Shown here: piece after piece, positions 51,523 to 53,727 of the stretch
Numbering within the stretch: the stretch's first letter is position 1
How the letters are laid out: every line of letters begins with the position of its first letter
NCBI GenBank assembly: GCA_020352555.1
Contig: CP070680.1
Span: forward strand, 1,991,569 to 2,045,295
Source of the DNA: a candidate division WOR-3 bacterium
GTDB lineage: Bacteria > Hydrothermota > Tepidihabitantia > Tepidihabitantales > Tepidihabitantaceae
Direction: 5' to 3'
Length of the DNA stretch: 53,727 bases
Notes under the pieces: model-generated
The model's database searches: none
What the model was told of the DNA's origin: nothing
What the model saw: the letters and a program-made list of their open reading frames with translations, nothing else
Position numbers and translations under genes: made by a program

Positions 51523-52857
51523 ATGGCGCAGAGATCCGGCCTGCCACAGACCGCTGCCCGCACAACCACGCTGGCCGCGGTCCTGCTGTTCGCAGCCCTG
51601 CCCGGGCTGTCGGCCGCCGCCGATATCCCTGCCGACACTTTCAGGCTGTCGCTCGCCGAGGCAATCCAGACCGCGCTCGGCCAGAGTCCGGTCAGCACCC
51701 AAGCAGCAGTCACCCGCACAGATGGAGCTATCACACTGGCCCGGGGGATCAACGGTATGCTGCCGTCTCTGTCCGGCTCGGTCGACTACGGCTGGAGGCA
51801 CGTGGGCCCGGACACGACCGGCCAGGGCTGGACCGCAGGCCTGACCGTAAACCAGGTCGTTTTCAGCCCTTCGGCCTTCGCCGGGTTGGTATCGTCCGCC
51901 GTCCGTTCGGCCTACAGCTCAGCCAGCGCCCACGACCAGCAGGCCAAGCTGGTCTACGACGTGACGGTCGACTACCTCAATCTTCTTAAGTACAGCCGGC
52001 TCAAGGACGTAGCAGTCGCCGCCCTGCGCCGCGCGTCCGAGTACCTCGAGCTCACCCGCGAGAAGGAACGTCGGGGGTTGGCCTCGTCAATTGACCTGCT
52101 GCGCGCCGAAGCGCAGGAGGCCCAGGCCAGGCTCGGCATGCTCGAGGCCGAGCAGAATCTCGACGTCGGGATGGAGACGTTCAAGGCGACCGCTGGCCTG
52201 GGCCGCAACAAGGTCGTGGTCCCTACAGAGGAGCTTGAATCGCCGGCCGAGTTTGAAGTTTCGGACCAGGAGAGCCTTGTTGCCGAAATCGAGCGCCTGA
52301 ATCCAGGACTCAGGATGTCGGCCCAAGCCAAGTCCATCGCCAGGGTCAACCAGGTCGCCGCCATCGGCAGCGTGCTCCCCGATGTCTCGCTCTACTGGCA
52401 GCGGAGCTCCTCGGGCAGCTCGCTCGGGTCCTGTGTCGACAACTGGAAGGACAACGGTACATCAACCTACGGCCTGCGGGCCGAGCTGCCGCTGCTCGAC
52501 ATCAAGTCCTACGTGCTGGACGTGGTCGATGCCACCAACGAATCCCGGCGCGCCGCAGCCGCCGCGCGGATGGCGGAACTGCAGATCCGCTCGACTGCGG
52601 CATCTGCCGTCGGCACCTATCTGACCGCCCGGCAGCGATACGACCTCGCAGCCGCGACTCTGACCCTCAACGAACGGCTGCATGAACTCGGACAGCAGCA
52701 GCTCCGGCTTGGCGCAATATCCCAGGTGGACTTCCTCGATGTCGAGGCCAACCTCGTGGATGCCCAGGCGTCGTTCGTCAGCGCTACCTGCGACACCTAT
52801 GTCCGGGCCGCCAATATCGCCTACCTGCTCGGCTCAAGCGTACCCGCCAAACCCTGA
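51523..52857 (+). CDS. TolC-family outer-membrane efflux protein
   Basis: Signal peptide. Two repeats of coiled-coil/beta-strand architecture. LSLAEAIQTAL start typical of the OEP family. AAGAGGAA SD. Confidence 0.9.
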   Translation: MAQRSGLPQTAARTTTLAAVLLFAALPGLSAAADIPADTFRLSLAEAIQTALGQSPVSTQAAVTRTDGAITLARGINGMLPSLSGSVDYGWRHVGPDTTGQGWTAGLTVNQVVFSPSAFAGLVSSAVRSAYSSASAHDQQAKLVYDVTVDYLNLLKYSRLKDVAVAALRRASEYLELTREKERRGLASSIDLLRAEAQEAQARLGMLEAEQNLDVGMETFKATAGLGRNKVVVPTEELESPAEFEVSDQESLVAEIERLNPGLRMSAQAKSIARVNQVAAIGSVLPDVSLYWQRSSSGSSLGSCVDNWKDNGTSTYGLRAELPLLDIKSYVLDVVDATNESRRAAAAARMAELQIRSTAASAVGTYLTARQRYDLAAATLTLNERLHELGQQQLRLGAISQVDFLDVEANLVDAQASFVSATCDTYVRAANIAYLLGSSVPAKP

Positions 52858-53150
52858 CCGCTGTCAGCCCGAGTACCGCCCGATGCTGGCCAGGTGCCAT
52901 CGAGTGAATGGAGAGTCTCGCCGGCGGCCCATCTGCTCCCGCCCGCTTGATCCCCTTCTTGATTTCCGCCCGGTGCGACTGCGGCGGTCGGTGGACAGCG
53001 GCGGCAGGCCTCTTGCCGGCAGTGATTCGGGGTGACCTTCCGGGACCTCGCTGTACAGCCGGCCGGCTCGCGGCCGGTGAGGTGCCTGCAGACCGTGCCC
53101 CACTGCCTGAAAATGAAAGACACTCCGGAGGATGTCAACAGCGCTGGAAC

Positions 53151-53201
53151 TTGGATTGCGGCAGCACAGCTGCCGCCTTCAACTCTTTGGACTGCGGCAG
53201 C
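53151..53201. repeat. 15-nt direct repeat TTGGA(T/C)TGCGGCAGC x2 flanking a GCGGCAG/CTGCCGC hairpin
   Basis: Copies at 53151..53165 and 53187..53201, read directly, in an ORF-less region. Confidence 0.5.
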
Positions 53202-53727
53202 CCCCACGCCCGCGTCATTGCGTACGACGGACCGGGGTCGGTGCCTCATGGGCACGGCTGCGATGCGGCCGTGGCAATCTCTTCTGGACGCGGGCTCGGG
53301 GCAGGCTCCGCTGCCGCTTTCACCTCTGCTCAGCCCTGTGAGGTCAGCGCCTGCCTGCGGGCGGTGCTCTGGGCGAGTGATGCGGACGCCCTGCACCAGA
53401 CAGATGCCGGAGCACGGCCTGGCAGCGGTCTCGACACAACTCACAGTCCGAAACGCGCGCAGCGTCCCCCGCACGCCCTTCACGCACCTGAATGTCCTTG
53501 GATGCCTGACTTCGGGAACAACCACGCCTGCAAAGGCCCAAGTGAACGCCTATCAAGATGTAACTCTTTGAAGAATTGAAGTTTAGTCCTGAGACCCAGC
53601 CCGAAGACCAGCCTGGGTCCCCCTGCCCCGGGCATGCCCCCAGACAGTCCTCCCTACTGTCCTGAGGCATGCAGCTTGGCCTGACCTGACCCTTGGCCGT
53701 ACCGATGCAGATGCCTGTTCAGCCAGC

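Noticed and set aside
52821-53525. 234-aa minus-strand and 223-aa/179-aa plus-strand ORFs in the 3' terminal region.
   Set aside because: They are mutually overlapping with Arg/Cys/Pro-rich composition and no motif. One overlaps the TolC-family gene end. I could not support any as coding.
53679-53693. GGGTCAGGTCAGGCC on the minus strand, reminiscent of the SRP (4.5S) RNA CAGGUCAGGUCCGGAAGGAAGCAGCC core.
   Set aside because: The essential GGAAG/AGCAG symmetric-loop sequence and the pairing partner are absent. The similarity is limited to about 9 nt.
1-53727. Scan for CRISPR arrays, tRNA/rRNA/tmRNA/RNase P genes, transposases, integrases and prophage genes.
   Set aside because: No regularly spaced repeats. 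No GGTTCGAATCC-type T-loops or acceptor-stem contexts. No GGAAAGTCC RNase P core. No DDE, serine or tyrosine recombinase motifs in any frame inspected.

Overview
Visibly GC-rich bacterial chromosomal window (53.7 kb), densely coding on both strands. I support 45 protein genes plus two apparently disrupted genes. I found no rRNA, tRNA, CRISPR array, transposase or integrase. All family names come from motif recognition by eye; no database search was run.

Gene content is diderm housekeeping plus envelope functions:
- Threonine/lysine branch: thrC (5' end cut by the window), an ApgM-like proposed homoserine kinase, lysC, and a DapL-like aminotransferase.
- A LolD/LolC/LolE/LolA-like four-gene operon.
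- A split MacA/MacB-like efflux set, divergent from a TolC-family gene and followed by a CPBP protease.
- A tldD-pmbA-LonC-like protease operon.
- An iron-sulfur flavoprotein / alkaline-phosphatase-methyltransferase fusion / nitroreductase cluster.
- A two-module class V aminotransferase.
- Three secreted BNR or beta-helix proteins with T9SS-type C-terminal sorting domains. This hints weakly at an uncultivated FCB-superphylum-like organism.

The most interesting signals lie outside the ORF track:
1. At least eight genes have a sigma70-like TTGACN-N16-18-TANNNT promoter ending 5-7 nt before the ATG/GTG. That implies leaderless mRNAs, alongside ordinary Shine-Dalgarno-led genes, and it moves several ORF-track start codons.
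2. A mosaic intergenic module of about 60-140 nt occurs three to four times (about 40978-41115, 41405-41460, 42431-42678, 47977-48120). Two copies carry such a promoter fused to a conserved GGCCGC-GTG start.
3. A 620-bp GC-poor intergenic region (11238-11856) contains a minus-strand promoter, four hairpins and a terminator, a candidate ncRNA of about 190 nt.
4. A lipoprotein gene is interrupted by an in-frame TAG and a -1 frameshift.
5. Small regulatory-looking structures: a TGGNCCA octamer array, an 18-bp perfect palindrome between macA and tolC, and an 870-nt ORF-less 3' region with direct repeats.

The many long antisense or alternate-frame ORFs in the track are treated as GC-driven artefacts.
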